From Acidimicrobiales bacterium (GTDB lineage: Bacteria; Actinomycetota; Acidimicrobiia; Acidimicrobiales; RAAP-2), in NCBI GenBank assembly GCA_049511155.1, contig JBEKYI010000001.1:1-62060 (forward strand): a stretch of 62,060 nt of DNA. The letters run 5' to 3'. This document shows positions 46,823 to 56,069 of the stretch, in pieces. The notes under the pieces were generated by a model. The model made no database searches. It worked only from the letters and a program-made list of their open reading frames with translations, and was not told the DNA's origin. A program made the position numbers and the translations under genes. The first letter of the stretch is position 1. Each line of letters opens with the position of its first letter.

Positions 46823-48240
46823 GCCAGTTCTCCGACGAACGTCTCGAGTTGGCGCAGCGTGCGGCACTCAATGACGCGATCGCAGTACGGCGCGTATTGG
46901 GAGACCACCGAGTCCCCGCTGTTCCAATAGGTCGTGGGTTCAGGGTTCAACCAGTAGACGGCCTTGGCCCGATGGTGCAGGTCGGCCAGCACTTCGGCGT
47001 GCGCCTGGTGGTAGTTGTTGCGCGCGTCGCCCAGGATCAATACTGTCGAGCGCTTCGTGAGTGAGCGCGCGTACCGGTCGTGAAAGGTGGACAGAGCCCG
47101 CCCGTAGTCGGAGTGGCCGTCAAAGGCGATGACGTCCGCTTCGGCGTTGATCTTGAGCACGGCGTCGGCTGGATCCTCGACGCCCTCGAAGAGGTGGGTG
47201 ACCTCATCCAGACCGTCCACGAACACGAAGCTGCGCACCTTGGAGAACTGCGAGGAGATCGCGTGCACCAGGTGCAGCGTGAAGCGGGCGAAGGAGGCGA
47301 CCGAGCCCGAGATGTCGGCGATGACAAAGATCTCGGGCTTGGCGGGTCGCGGCGGCTTGAAGCGAAGATCCAGCGGCACCCCACCGGTCGACAGGCTTCG
47401 TCGCACGGTGTGTCGCAGATCGACCGGCCCGCGACGGCGGCGGCGACGCTTGCGCGCGAGGCGCACGGCCAGTTTGCGACTGAGTGGGCGAAGGGCTCGC
47501 TCGAGTTGGGCCATCTCGTCGCGGTTGGCGTGCATGACGTCCAGGTCCTCGGGCAGCGGCTTGCGCACCGACTTAGCGAGGGCCTCGGCGCCGCGGTCTT
47601 CGACGAGACGCTCTCGTATCTCGCGCTCGATCTCGGCTTTGAGTTGTTCGATGCGCGCGCTCGCCTCGTCGCGCGCGAGTCGGTGCGCGAGCTCGTCGCC
47701 GCTCTCGTCGCCCACCAGGCGTGCGTGAAGCTCGTCGAGTTCGAGGTTGCGCAAGGTTCGATACAGGTAGTACGTGCCACCGACCGGTCGACCCGGCTCC
47801 ATGCCGGCGTACCGGGATACCGCTTCGCTGGCTCCTTCGCGCATCGAGGACAGATCCCCGTCGCGCAGGGCCCGAAAGAGCATCTCGGCGAGCTCCGCCG
47901 CGCTCATCGATCCCGCCGCGCCGCCGCCGCGTCCCTTCGGGTCTCTCCCCCGTGCTCCCGAGGCCCCCGCGGGATCGGCCGGTGAGGTCATCTCGTCGTC
48001 GAGCAGATCCTCCGCGCCGTCCCACGAGCGAATCGAGAAGTACACGTCAAAGGCACTGTTGAAAACGGGCAGGTGATCACCGTCTTTGACCAACGTCGCG
48101 GCCAGAGTCGCGCGCAGGAGGTTGCGATCGCCGAGGTCGATCACTTCGACGGCCCGAGCGGCGTCCACGTGTTCGCTCATCGACACGGGTATGCCCGCAG
48201 CGCGCAGTTCTCCGATGAAGTCGCCGAGCAGGTTAAGCAA
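46819..48240 (-). CDS. CoxE-like VWA-domain protein
   Basis: FIGELRAAGIPVS, VDLRHTVRRSLSTGG, DISGS (MIDAS), SDYG, LGDARNN, WLNPE. TTG start overlapping the MoxR end. Confidence 0.88.
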   Translation of the reverse strand: MLNLLGDFIGELRAAGIPVSMSEHVDAARAVEVIDLGDRNLLRATLAATLVKDGDHLPVFNSAFDVYFSIRSWDGAEDLLDDEMTSPADPAGASGARGRDPKGRGGGAAGSMSAAELAEMLFRALRDGDLSSMREGASEAVSRYAGMEPGRPVGGTYYLYRTLRNLELDELHARLVGDESGDELAHRLARDEASARIEQLKAEIEREIRERLVEDRGAEALAKSVRKPLPEDLDVMHANRDEMAQLERALRPLSRKLAVRLARKRRRRRRGPVDLRHTVRRSLSTGGVPLDLRFKPPRPAKPEIFVIADISGSVASFARFTLHLVHAISSQFSKVRSFVFVDGLDEVTHLFEGVEDPADAVLKINAEADVIAFDGHSDYGRALSTFHDRYARSLTKRSTVLILGDARNNYHQAHAEVLADLHHRAKAVYWLNPEPTTYWNSGDSVVSQYAPYCDRVIECRTLRQLETFVGELA

Positions 48241-49180
48241 CGGGCCTCGAGCGCCCGAGCAGTTCTTTGGTGGCGCGTTCGATGTCGGACTGATACTTGA
48301 GCAAGATGTGCAACGTCGCCGCCGCGTCCTCGTCGCCGATCTCCTCACGACCGAGGACCACCAGCGTGCGCGCCCAGTCCAGGGTCTCAGAGACCGAGGG
48401 CGCCTTTTTCAGGTCGAGCGTGCGCAACGAGCGCACCACCTGGGCGATCTGCTCAGCCAGGGTCTTGGTGATGCCCGGCACGCGCGAGACAATGATGTCG
48501 CGCTCGCGTTCAACCGTCGGGTACCCCACGTACAGGTAGAGGCACCGGCGTTTGAGCGCTTCGGAGAGTTCACGGGTGTTGTTGGAGGTGAGAAAGACCA
48601 TGGGGATCTGCTGGGCGCGGATCGTGCCCAGCTCGGGGATCGAGACCTGGTACTCCGAAAGGATCTCGAGCATGAGCGCCTCGGTCTCGAGTTCGACTCG
48701 GTCGACCTCGTCGATGAGCAGGACCACCGGGTCCGTGGCCGAGATCGCTTCGAGGAGAGGACGCGTGAGCATGAACTCCTCAGCGAAGATGTCCTCTTCG
48801 AGATCGTGCCACTCTTCGGCGCTCGAACCCTCGGGTCGACCGGCCTGGATGCGCAGGAGTTGCTTACGGTAGTTCCACTCATAGAGGGCCTTGGACTCAT
48901 CGAGGCCCTCGTAACACTGCAGGCGGATGAGGCGCGCGCCAATCGAGTCGGCGACCGCCTTGGCGAGGGCGGTCTTGCCCGTACCGGCCGGACCTTCGAC
49001 CAGCACGGGTTTGGCGAGGCGGTCCGCGAGGTAGGTGACCGAGGCGATGCCGTCGTCGGCGAGATAGTCGTGCGCGGCCAGCAGTTGACGCACTTCACCC
49101 GGAGACTCAAAGCGCACCGGCGGGACGCTCGCGAGCCCCAAGCGCTGAGCCAGCTCTTCTCTCGGATCAAGCGCGGTCAT
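48233..49180 (-). CDS. MoxR-family AAA+ ATPase (CoxD-like)
   Basis: EGPAGTGKT, RLQCYEGLD, LYEWNY, LLIDEVDR, TSNNTRELSEALKRRC. Confidence 0.92.
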   Translation of the reverse strand: MTALDPREELAQRLGLASVPPVRFESPGEVRQLLAAHDYLADDGIASVTYLADRLAKPVLVEGPAGTGKTALAKAVADSIGARLIRLQCYEGLDESKALYEWNYRKQLLRIQAGRPEGSSAEEWHDLEEDIFAEEFMLTRPLLEAISATDPVVLLIDEVDRVELETEALMLEILSEYQVSIPELGTIRAQQIPMVFLTSNNTRELSEALKRRCLYLYVGYPTVERERDIIVSRVPGITKTLAEQIAQVVRSLRTLDLKKAPSVSETLDWARTLVVLGREEIGDEDAAATLHILLKYQSDIERATKELLGRSRPVA

Positions 49181-50412
49181 CGGATCTGCCCTTCTCCTCG
49201 CACGACCCACTTGAGGCAGGTCAGCTCGCGCACCCCCATGGGACCGCGCGCGTGCAGTTTCTGGGTGGAGATACCGACTTCGGCACCCAGGCCCAGCTCT
49301 CCCCCATCGATGAAACGAGTCGAGGCGTTCACCAGTACCGCGGCGGCGTCGACGCGACGCACCCAGGCATCGGCGTGGTCCGCGTTCTCGGTCACAATCG
49401 CCTCGCTGTGACCCGTGCCGTACGTCGTGACGTGGTCGATCGCTTCATCGAGCGATCCCACGACCTTGACGGCCAGGATCAAGTCCAAGAACTCGCGAGC
49501 AAAGTCCTCGTCGGTCGCCAGCGTCGCGTCGGGCAGGATGAGGCGTGCCCGCACGTCGGCGCGCAGCTCGACGTCGGGCATCGCCGCCGCGAGGCTTGGC
49601 AGGAACTCCAATGCGACCGACTCATGCACGAGCAGGGTCTCGGCCGCGTTGCACACGCCCGGTCGAGATGATTTGGCGTTTCGCACGATGTTGAGCGCCT
49701 GATCGAGTTGGGCTGACTCATCGACGTAGATGTGGCAGTTGCCATCGCCGTCGAGTACGTACGGTACGCGCGCGTTCTCACGCATGGCCTTGATGAGACT
49801 GGGGCCGCCGCGCGGGATCAGGCAATCGAGCACGTCAGTCATCTGCATAAACGCGACCGCACTTTCGTGCGAAGTATCTTGAACGAGCGACACGCCAGCC
49901 ACGGGTAAACCGGCCGACTCCAGCGCGTCTTGCCAGAGCGACACGAGATAGTCATTCGTGCGCTGAGCACTCTTGGATCCACGCAGATACGCCGCGTTGC
50001 CGCTGCGCACGCACAGCCCGGCCACGTCGGTGGTGACGTTCGGGCGGTTCTCGTAGACCACGCCGATCACCCCCAAGGGGACGCGTAGGCGCTCGACGTG
50101 CAGACCGTTATCCAAGACCCGCTGGTCTTGGGCTTCAAAGAGAGGGTCCGGGCCGCGGGCGATCGTGCGCAGCGCACTCGCCATAGAAGACACCCGATCG
50201 CTCGTAAGGGCCAGCCGGTCCCGTCCCGGTCCGGGCTCGTGGTAGTCCTCGAGGTCCGCCTCGTTGACGCCCAGCAGCTCGGTTTCGTTCTTCTCCAGGC
50301 GATCGGCCACGTCGTAGAGCACTGCCTGGCGGGTCTCGTTGGAGGATTGGGCAAGTTCCCGGGCGGCCATCTTGACCGCAGCACCTTGTTGGAGCAGGTC
50401 GGTGGTCGTCAT
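49177..50412 (-). CDS. proA: Gamma-glutamyl phosphate reductase
   Basis: VPLGVIGVVYENRPNVT, IPRGG, VCNAAETL, NASTRF, ISTQKLHARGPMG. Confidence 0.96.
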   Translation of the reverse strand: MTTTDLLQQGAAVKMAARELAQSSNETRQAVLYDVADRLEKNETELLGVNEADLEDYHEPGPGRDRLALTSDRVSSMASALRTIARGPDPLFEAQDQRVLDNGLHVERLRVPLGVIGVVYENRPNVTTDVAGLCVRSGNAAYLRGSKSAQRTNDYLVSLWQDALESAGLPVAGVSLVQDTSHESAVAFMQMTDVLDCLIPRGGPSLIKAMRENARVPYVLDGDGNCHIYVDESAQLDQALNIVRNAKSSRPGVCNAAETLLVHESVALEFLPSLAAAMPDVELRADVRARLILPDATLATDEDFAREFLDLILAVKVVGSLDEAIDHVTTYGTGHSEAIVTENADHADAWVRRVDAAAVLVNASTRFIDGGELGLGAEVGISTQKLHARGPMGVRELTCLKWVVRGEGQIR

Positions 50413-50431
50413 TTCTTAAGCGTAATGGCCA

Positions 50432-51502
50432 CTACGGACGGCGTAGAAGGACGAGATCGTCTCGGTGGATGACGACGTCTTCACCGTCGTCGAAGGACTC
50501 GGCCGACACGCGCACGAGACCCTTGGCGACGGTCTCGCCGTCGGGACCTTTCACTTCAACGGCGTCGCCCTCGGCGAAGTCTCCGCTGAAGGACACCACA
50601 CCGACGCGCAGCAAGCTACGTCCATCGCGCTCCAGGGCGGTACGGGCACCTTCGTTGATGCGAAGTGATCCTTGGCTCGCGACCGCAAAAGCGATCCAGG
50701 ACTTTCGCGCGGAGAGACGCTCGGGACGCGGGCGAAACGTGGTGCCAAAGCCGGGAGAGTTTCCCGCAGCGAACAGCAGTGCGTGCGGCGCGCGCGCCGA
50801 GGCGATGACCGTCGTCACCCCGGACCACGCCGCCATGTGCGCGGCGGCCAGTTTCGACGCCATGCCCCCACTCCCGACGCCGGAGCGGCTGAGTCCAGCC
50901 GCTCGAACGAGGTCAGCGTCAAAGGCCGTGACCTCCTCGATGAGGGTGGCGGACTCGTCGACCTTGGGATCGGCCGTGAGCAGACCGGGCGTGTCGGTCA
51001 AGAGCACGAGGTGCGAGGCGCCGACGAGGTTGGCCACAAGAGCGGCCAGGCGATCATTGTCGCCGAAGCGAATCTCCTCATCGGCGACGGCGTCGTTTTC
51101 ATTGATGACTGGCACCACGTGCAATGCACCGAGCGCTTCGATCGTGCCGCGGGCGTGCAGATACTGACCGCGATGCGAGAAGTCCAGGGGCGCGAGGAGA
51201 ACCTGTCCGACGCGCGCCCCGTGCGGGGCGAACGCGTCGCGCCAGGCGTGCATGAGCAGGGGCTGACCGACCGCGGAGACCGCTTGAAGTGTGGCCGCGT
51301 CGCGGGGGCGCGCTCTACCTTCTCCCACATCCGCCCACCCGGCAGTGATCGCGCCCGACGTCACCACGGCAACTGACCAGCCCTCCTCACGCAGAGTCAC
51401 CACATCGCGGGCGATGTCGCTCAAGACGGCTACGTCAACGCCGCCGCGCTCGTCGGTCACCGACGACGTACCGACTTTGACGACGACGCTACGACTCGTC
51501 AT
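50432..51502 (-). CDS. proB: Glutamate 5-kinase
   Basis: VVKVGTSS, SAVGQ, NENDAV, FGDNDRL, GSGGMASK, PUA domain ending IHRDDL. Confidence 0.95.
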   Translation of the reverse strand: MTSRSVVVKVGTSSVTDERGGVDVAVLSDIARDVVTLREEGWSVAVVTSGAITAGWADVGEGRARPRDAATLQAVSAVGQPLLMHAWRDAFAPHGARVGQVLLAPLDFSHRGQYLHARGTIEALGALHVVPVINENDAVADEEIRFGDNDRLAALVANLVGASHLVLLTDTPGLLTADPKVDESATLIEEVTAFDADLVRAAGLSRSGVGSGGMASKLAAAHMAAWSGVTTVIASARAPHALLFAAGNSPGFGTTFRPRPERLSARKSWIAFAVASQGSLRINEGARTALERDGRSLLRVGVVSFSGDFAEGDAVEVKGPDGETVAKGLVRVSAESFDDGEDVVIHRDDLVLLRRP

Positions 51503-52853
51503 CGTTCTCTTCCTCGAGACGCCCGCTGCGCGCGAGACGTTCACGGCGCGTCGCGCGGTGGTGCTCGGCACGATCGAGTCCCGTATCGACCGCGTCGCGC
51601 CACCACTCGAACGAGAGATCCCCCACGCTGATCACGTCGCCGTCGCGCACACCCGCACGCGTCAGAAGTCGGTCCACGCCGAGCTCTCGCAGGCGCCGCA
51701 CGATCTCGGCCAATGCCTCGTCGTCGGTGAGATCAGAGAAGCGCGCCGCCCGGCGCGCGGCGCGGCCCTCGACGCGCCAGTGGGCGTCGCCCTCGCGCTC
51801 GACCGTGATCTCCTGGGAGGCGGGTCGATGGATGACGATTTCGCGCTGGTGTTCGGCCGCTTCGGCGGCGCGGGCCTCACTCACCAGGTGCGCTAGTTGG
51901 CCCACCAGCTCATCGAGTCCTTCGCCCGTCACGGCCGAGATCGACTCGACGCCCGGCATCTCGTAGGCGGCAACGTCGCCCTTGGACCCCACCACGATGC
52001 GCGGGCGCATCAGCAGGTCGCTTTGATACTCGCCCAACTCCGCCAGCAGAATCGCCAACTGATCCTCGGGCGAGCTCGGAGCGAGCTCGGAGAGATCGAG
52101 GAGCACGCAGAGCACACGGGCCCGCTCGATGTGGCGAAGAAAATCGTGGCCCAGTCCTCGCCCGAACGCCGCACCCTCGATGAGTCCGGGAATGTCGGCG
52201 ACCACGAACTCGGTGGCGTCGCCCGGACGCGACGCGCGCGAACCCACGCGCACCACGCCGAGGTTGGGCACCAGGGTCGTAAAGGGATAGTCGGCGATCT
52301 TGGGTCGCGCGGCAGAGATGCGCGAGATCAGTGTCGACTTACCGACGTTCGGAAACCCGATCAGCGCCACGTCGGCTTGGAGCTTGAGCTCTAGTTCGAA
52401 CCAGTGCTCTTCGCCGAACTCTCCCTGCTCGGCAAAGGCCGGCGCGCGGCGCTGGTTGGAGAGAAATCGCGCGTTGCCGAATCCGCCAAGTCCGCCTTCG
52501 GCCGCCAGCCAACGCTCGCCCGAACTCGCTAGGTCCGCCAGCAGTTGGCCTTGAGCGTCATAGACCATCGTGCCCACCGGCACCTCAACGATGATGTCCT
52601 TGCCCCGCGCGCCGTGTTGGCGCTTGGAGGTGCCGTGTTTCCCGTCAGTGGCCCGTCGAAACGGGTGATCCTTGAATCCGAGGAGAGAGGCCTGGTTGTG
52701 GTCGGCTTCGAGCCAGACACTGCCCCCGTTTCCTCCGTCTCCCCCGTCCGGACCGCCCTTGGAAACGTGGGCTTCGCGGCGAAAACTGACGCATCCGGCC
52801 CCGCCATTGCCAGCTTTGGCGTGCAATTGAGCGCGATCAACGAAGGAAGACAC
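51489..52853 (-). CDS. obgE: GTPase ObgE
   Basis: FVDRA...GGPDGGDGG, GFPNVGKS, YPFTTL, DIPG, C-terminal OCT domain. Confidence 0.96.
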   Translation of the reverse strand: MSSFVDRAQLHAKAGNGGAGCVSFRREAHVSKGGPDGGDGGNGGSVWLEADHNQASLLGFKDHPFRRATDGKHGTSKRQHGARGKDIIVEVPVGTMVYDAQGQLLADLASSGERWLAAEGGLGGFGNARFLSNQRRAPAFAEQGEFGEEHWFELELKLQADVALIGFPNVGKSTLISRISAARPKIADYPFTTLVPNLGVVRVGSRASRPGDATEFVVADIPGLIEGAAFGRGLGHDFLRHIERARVLCVLLDLSELAPSSPEDQLAILLAELGEYQSDLLMRPRIVVGSKGDVAAYEMPGVESISAVTGEGLDELVGQLAHLVSEARAAEAAEHQREIVIHRPASQEITVEREGDAHWRVEGRAARRAARFSDLTDDEALAEIVRRLRELGVDRLLTRAGVRDGDVISVGDLSFEWWRDAVDTGLDRAEHHRATRRERLARSGRLEEENDDES

Positions 52854-53175
52854 GCATCTATCCTACGGAACGGGGTTTTTCGCGCGAATTTTGGGGTGCC
52901 CACGTGAGAATGCCATCGAGCGCCCGCACCGGCGCAGCCGCCCAAAAACCGGAGTTTTGCTGGTATTTAGAGCATTTCCCGTCCCTGTCCAACAAATCTC
53001 AAGCGACAGCGCCGTCGGAGAAGGCGACTTTTATCAGGGACTTTAGGAATGCCCTGTGAGGAACTCCGGCAATTCTTAGTCCGAAATCCGCAGAATTTCC
53101 CTTTTTTCCGGTAAAACTGACGATGGCTGCTGGGAAGACCCAGTTCCGTTTCAGAGAAGAGTAAGGAGTCGACCG

Positions 53176-53454
53176 GTGAACAAGGCCGAGTTGGTAGAAG
53201 CAATTGTCGCCGAAAGTGGCGCCTCTAAGAATACCGTTGCCGAAGTTCTAAAGGCTTTCGAGGACGTCGTGGTCGGCAACGTCTCCAAGGGCGAAAAGAT
53301 TGTGCTGTCTGGATTCCTGTCGTTCGAGCGCGTAGAGCGCAAGGCTCGCACCGCGCGCAACCCGCAGACCGGCGAGGCCATTCAGGTCAAGGCCTCTCGG
53401 GCTCCGAAGGTCTCGATTGGCTCGACCTTCAAGAAGGCTGTCAAAGCTTCGTAG
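53176..53454 (+). CDS. hup: DNA-binding protein HU
   Basis: MNKAELV...GFLSFE...ARTARNPQTGE; AAGGAG SD. Confidence 0.93.
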   Translation: MNKAELVEAIVAESGASKNTVAEVLKAFEDVVVGNVSKGEKIVLSGFLSFERVERKARTARNPQTGEAIQVKASRAPKVSIGSTFKKAVKAS

Positions 53455-53464
53455 TTTCGGTACT

Positions 53465-53505
53465 AACTAAGAAACCCCCGGGCTTAGCCCGGGGGTTTCT
53501 TAGTT
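53465..53505. terminator. Bidirectional intrinsic terminator between convergent hup and rpmA
   Basis: 19-bp perfect inverted repeat AACTAAGAAACCCCCGGGC-TTA-GCCCGGGGGTTTCTTAGTT. Confidence 0.85.
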
Positions 53506-53518
53506 TTAGGAGGAAAAC

Positions 53519-53770
53519 TCAGTCGGCGAGAACGTCAACTAGTTTTCTGCCGCCCCGGTAACCAAACTTCACGGTTCCCTCAGCGAGCGCAAACAGCGTG
53601 TCGTCCTTGCCGATCCCGACGTTGCGGCCGGGATGGAACTGGGTACCACGCTGACGAACAATGATGCTGCCGGACTTGACGAGCGTGCCGTCGAACTCCT
53701 TGACGCCTAAACGTTGCGCGGCGGAGTCGCGACCGTTACGGGTAGATCCACCACCCTTGGTCTTTGACAT
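53519..53770 (-). CDS. rpmA: 50S ribosomal protein L27
   Basis: [31 protein letters not shown]. Confidence 0.97.
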   Translation of the reverse strand: MSKTKGGGSTRNGRDSAAQRLGVKEFDGTLVKSGSIIVRQRGTQFHPGRNVGIGKDDTLFALAEGTVKFGYRGGRKLVDVLAD

Positions 53771-53779
53771 GGGATCTCC

Positions 53780-54091
53780 TTAGGCCTTGGCCGAAATCTT
53801 GGTGATTTCGACGGTTGAGTAGTGCTGACGATGTCCCCAGCGACGACGCTGGATCGCCTTGGGCTTGTAGGTCAGGGCCCGAATCTTGGGGCCCTTCTCC
53901 TCGCCGATGATCTTCGCGGTTACCGTGGCTCCTTTGAGGGCGGGGCCGGCCACGACGGTGTCCCCGTCGACGAGCAAAACCGGCTGAAATTCAACATCGG
54001 CGCCGATGTCTTCGCTGCGCAGATCGACCCGGACCACTTGGCCCTCGGTGACGCGCTCTTGAGATGTTCCTACACGGATAACGGCGTACAT
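53780..54091 (-). CDS. rplU: 50S ribosomal protein L21
   Basis: MYAVI..., KGPKI, GHRQHYS; directly upstream of rpmA. Confidence 0.94.
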   Translation of the reverse strand: MYAVIRVGTSQERVTEGQVVRVDLRSEDIGADVEFQPVLLVDGDTVVAGPALKGATVTAKIIGEEKGPKIRALTYKPKAIQRRRWGHRQHYSTVEITKISAKA

Positions 54092-54164
54092 AAGGGTCTT
54101 AAGCATAGCCGACCGACAATAAAGCCAGAACCGAAAGCCCCTAAGAACCCCGGTTCAAGAGCGC

Positions 54165-55766
54165 TTAGAGGCCGGTGTTCACAATGAAGCCACGCCCGTC
54201 ACAGACCCCGCACACCACGGAGAGCGACTCGAGCAGGCCTTCGTTCACGCGCTTTCTCGTCATCTCCACCAGGCCCAACTCCGAGATATCGAAGACCTGG
54301 CTGCGGGTCTTATCGCGCGACAGGGCTTGGCGAAGCGCCGAAGCGACCGCCTCGCGGTTGGTCTTGGACTCCATGTCGATGAAGTCGATCACGATGATCC
54401 CGCCGATGTCGCGCAGTCGAAGCTGGCGCGCGACTTCGTCGGCCGCTTCGAGGTTGTTGCGAAACACGGTCTCTTCCAGGTTGTTGGTTCCCACGTTCTT
54501 GCCGGTGTTGACGTCGATCACTGTGAGCGCTTCGGTGCGCTCAATAATCAGAGAGCCCCCCGAGGGCAAGAAGACTTTGCGGTCGAGCGATCGGTGCAGC
54601 TGTTCGTGCACGAAGTAGCGCTCAAAGAGCGGCAACTCTTCGACGTCGCGGTTGTAGAACTCGATGCGGTCGGCCAGTTCCGGGTTGACGGCCATGACGT
54701 AGTCGCGAACCTTCTCGTAGAGGATCGGATCGTCGATGAGCACCGCGCGATACTCCTCGTTGAGCTCTTCGCGCAGCACGCGCACCGCGAGGTCGAGGTC
54801 GCGATACACCAGGCGCGGCTGATTGGACTTGGCCACTTCGCTCTCAATGGCCGACCACTTCTCCACCAGCGACGTCACGTCGCGGGCCAGGTCGTCGGCG
54901 GTGACGCCTTCGGCCGCGGTACGAATGATGATGCCGTGCTGAGCGGGCTTGACGTCTTCGATGATCTTGCGCAACCGGCGTCGCTCGCCATCGGGCAAGC
55001 GCTTGGAGATGCCAATCGTCGAGGAGTTCGGCACGAGCACGGCGAATCGACCGGGCAACGAGACCTCTTGAGTGAGCCGAGCGCCCTTGGCGCCGATGGC
55101 GTTCTTGGTTACCTGACAGAGCACGGTCTGTCCGGCGCGGATCATCTCTTCGATGCGCTTGTTGCTCTGCGGCGCGCCGTCCACGTCGTCGTCGTAGGAC
55201 ACGTCACCCTTGTAGAGAACAGCGTTCTTGGGGATGCCGATGTCCACGAAGGCGAGTTCCATGCCCGGGAGCACGTTCTGGATCCGACCCACGTAGATGT
55301 TGCCGTCGATCTGGTTGGTCTCGTCCGCGTTCTTGGCGACGGTGTACTCGACCATCGAGCGGCCCTCGAGGGTGGCAATGTGGGTCGCGTCGGCCGTGGT
55401 GTGTACGGCCATGAGGTAACGGCCCTGGGCCCGGGTGCGCCGCTCTCCCCCGCGGCGCCGACGCGAACTCTTGCGTCCTGTGTTCTCGCCCGCTTCGGGC
55501 GCCGAAGCTTCGACGGGCGCATCCATGGGGCGGCGAGGCGCGGCGCCGTTGGTGGACTCGCGGTTCTCGCGATTGCCTTGGCCGCCTGATCGTCCGCGGC
55601 CCCCACGGCGCCGGCGACCTTGGCCGGGAGGCGACGTCGTGCCCGGAGCACCCGTCGTCGAATTACGTCCTACTGGTCGAGTGTCGCCGATTTGTGGGGC
55701 TGGACGGGTATCACCAATTCTGGGGCTAGATGATGAGGGAAGGGGTTGGGTGGATTCGTCGCTCAC
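54165..55766 (-). CDS. rne: Rne/Rng family ribonuclease
   Basis: GNIYVGRIQNVLPGM, KGARLT, IIIRTAA, VIDVNTG, RLRDIGGIIVIDFIDM, CxxCxG Zn-link; Arg-rich N-terminal extension. Confidence 0.92.
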   Translation of the reverse strand: MSDESTQPLPSSSSPRIGDTRPAPQIGDTRPVGRNSTTGAPGTTSPPGQGRRRRGGRGRSGGQGNRENRESTNGAAPRRPMDAPVEASAPEAGENTGRKSSRRRRGGERRTRAQGRYLMAVHTTADATHIATLEGRSMVEYTVAKNADETNQIDGNIYVGRIQNVLPGMELAFVDIGIPKNAVLYKGDVSYDDDVDGAPQSNKRIEEMIRAGQTVLCQVTKNAIGAKGARLTQEVSLPGRFAVLVPNSSTIGISKRLPDGERRRLRKIIEDVKPAQHGIIIRTAAEGVTADDLARDVTSLVEKWSAIESEVAKSNQPRLVYRDLDLAVRVLREELNEEYRAVLIDDPILYEKVRDYVMAVNPELADRIEFYNRDVEELPLFERYFVHEQLHRSLDRKVFLPSGGSLIIERTEALTVIDVNTGKNVGTNNLEETVFRNNLEAADEVARQLRLRDIGGIIVIDFIDMESKTNREAVASALRQALSRDKTRSQVFDISELGLVEMTRKRVNEGLLESLSVVCGVCDGRGFIVNTGL

Positions 55767-56069
55767 GACGGGTACTCCTTGCGTTCTGAGATAAGTAGAC
55801 GTGCCGCACTAGGCCGCGCGAAGTCGTGCTCGGTGAAATACCGGCGTCGACCAGGTAAGAAAAACGAACGATCTGTTGGGTCGAGACGAGCAGGACTACG
55901 ACGCTTCCTAGTAGCTCTAGCGCAATGGCGATTGCCACGTCATGTCCTCAATGCTGTGCGTAACGGAGAATGACCTGCGTTAACGCGACGTTCCTTTGCG
56001 ACCGACACCCTGTGTGCCGATGCGCCCAACACCTTCAGGCTACCGCACCGCGCGAAGAACTCGGCCCAT

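Noticed and set aside
53300-53340. HU motif GFLSF instead of GFGxF
   Set aside because: GFL(T/S)F occurs in actinobacterial HupA-type proteins, so it is not a loss-of-function sign.
55990-56030. c-di-GMP-I riboswitch-like words (CACAGGG, GCAAAG) in the rne leader
   Set aside because: The GGCAAAC segment and GAAA tetraloop/receptor P2-P3 architecture are absent.
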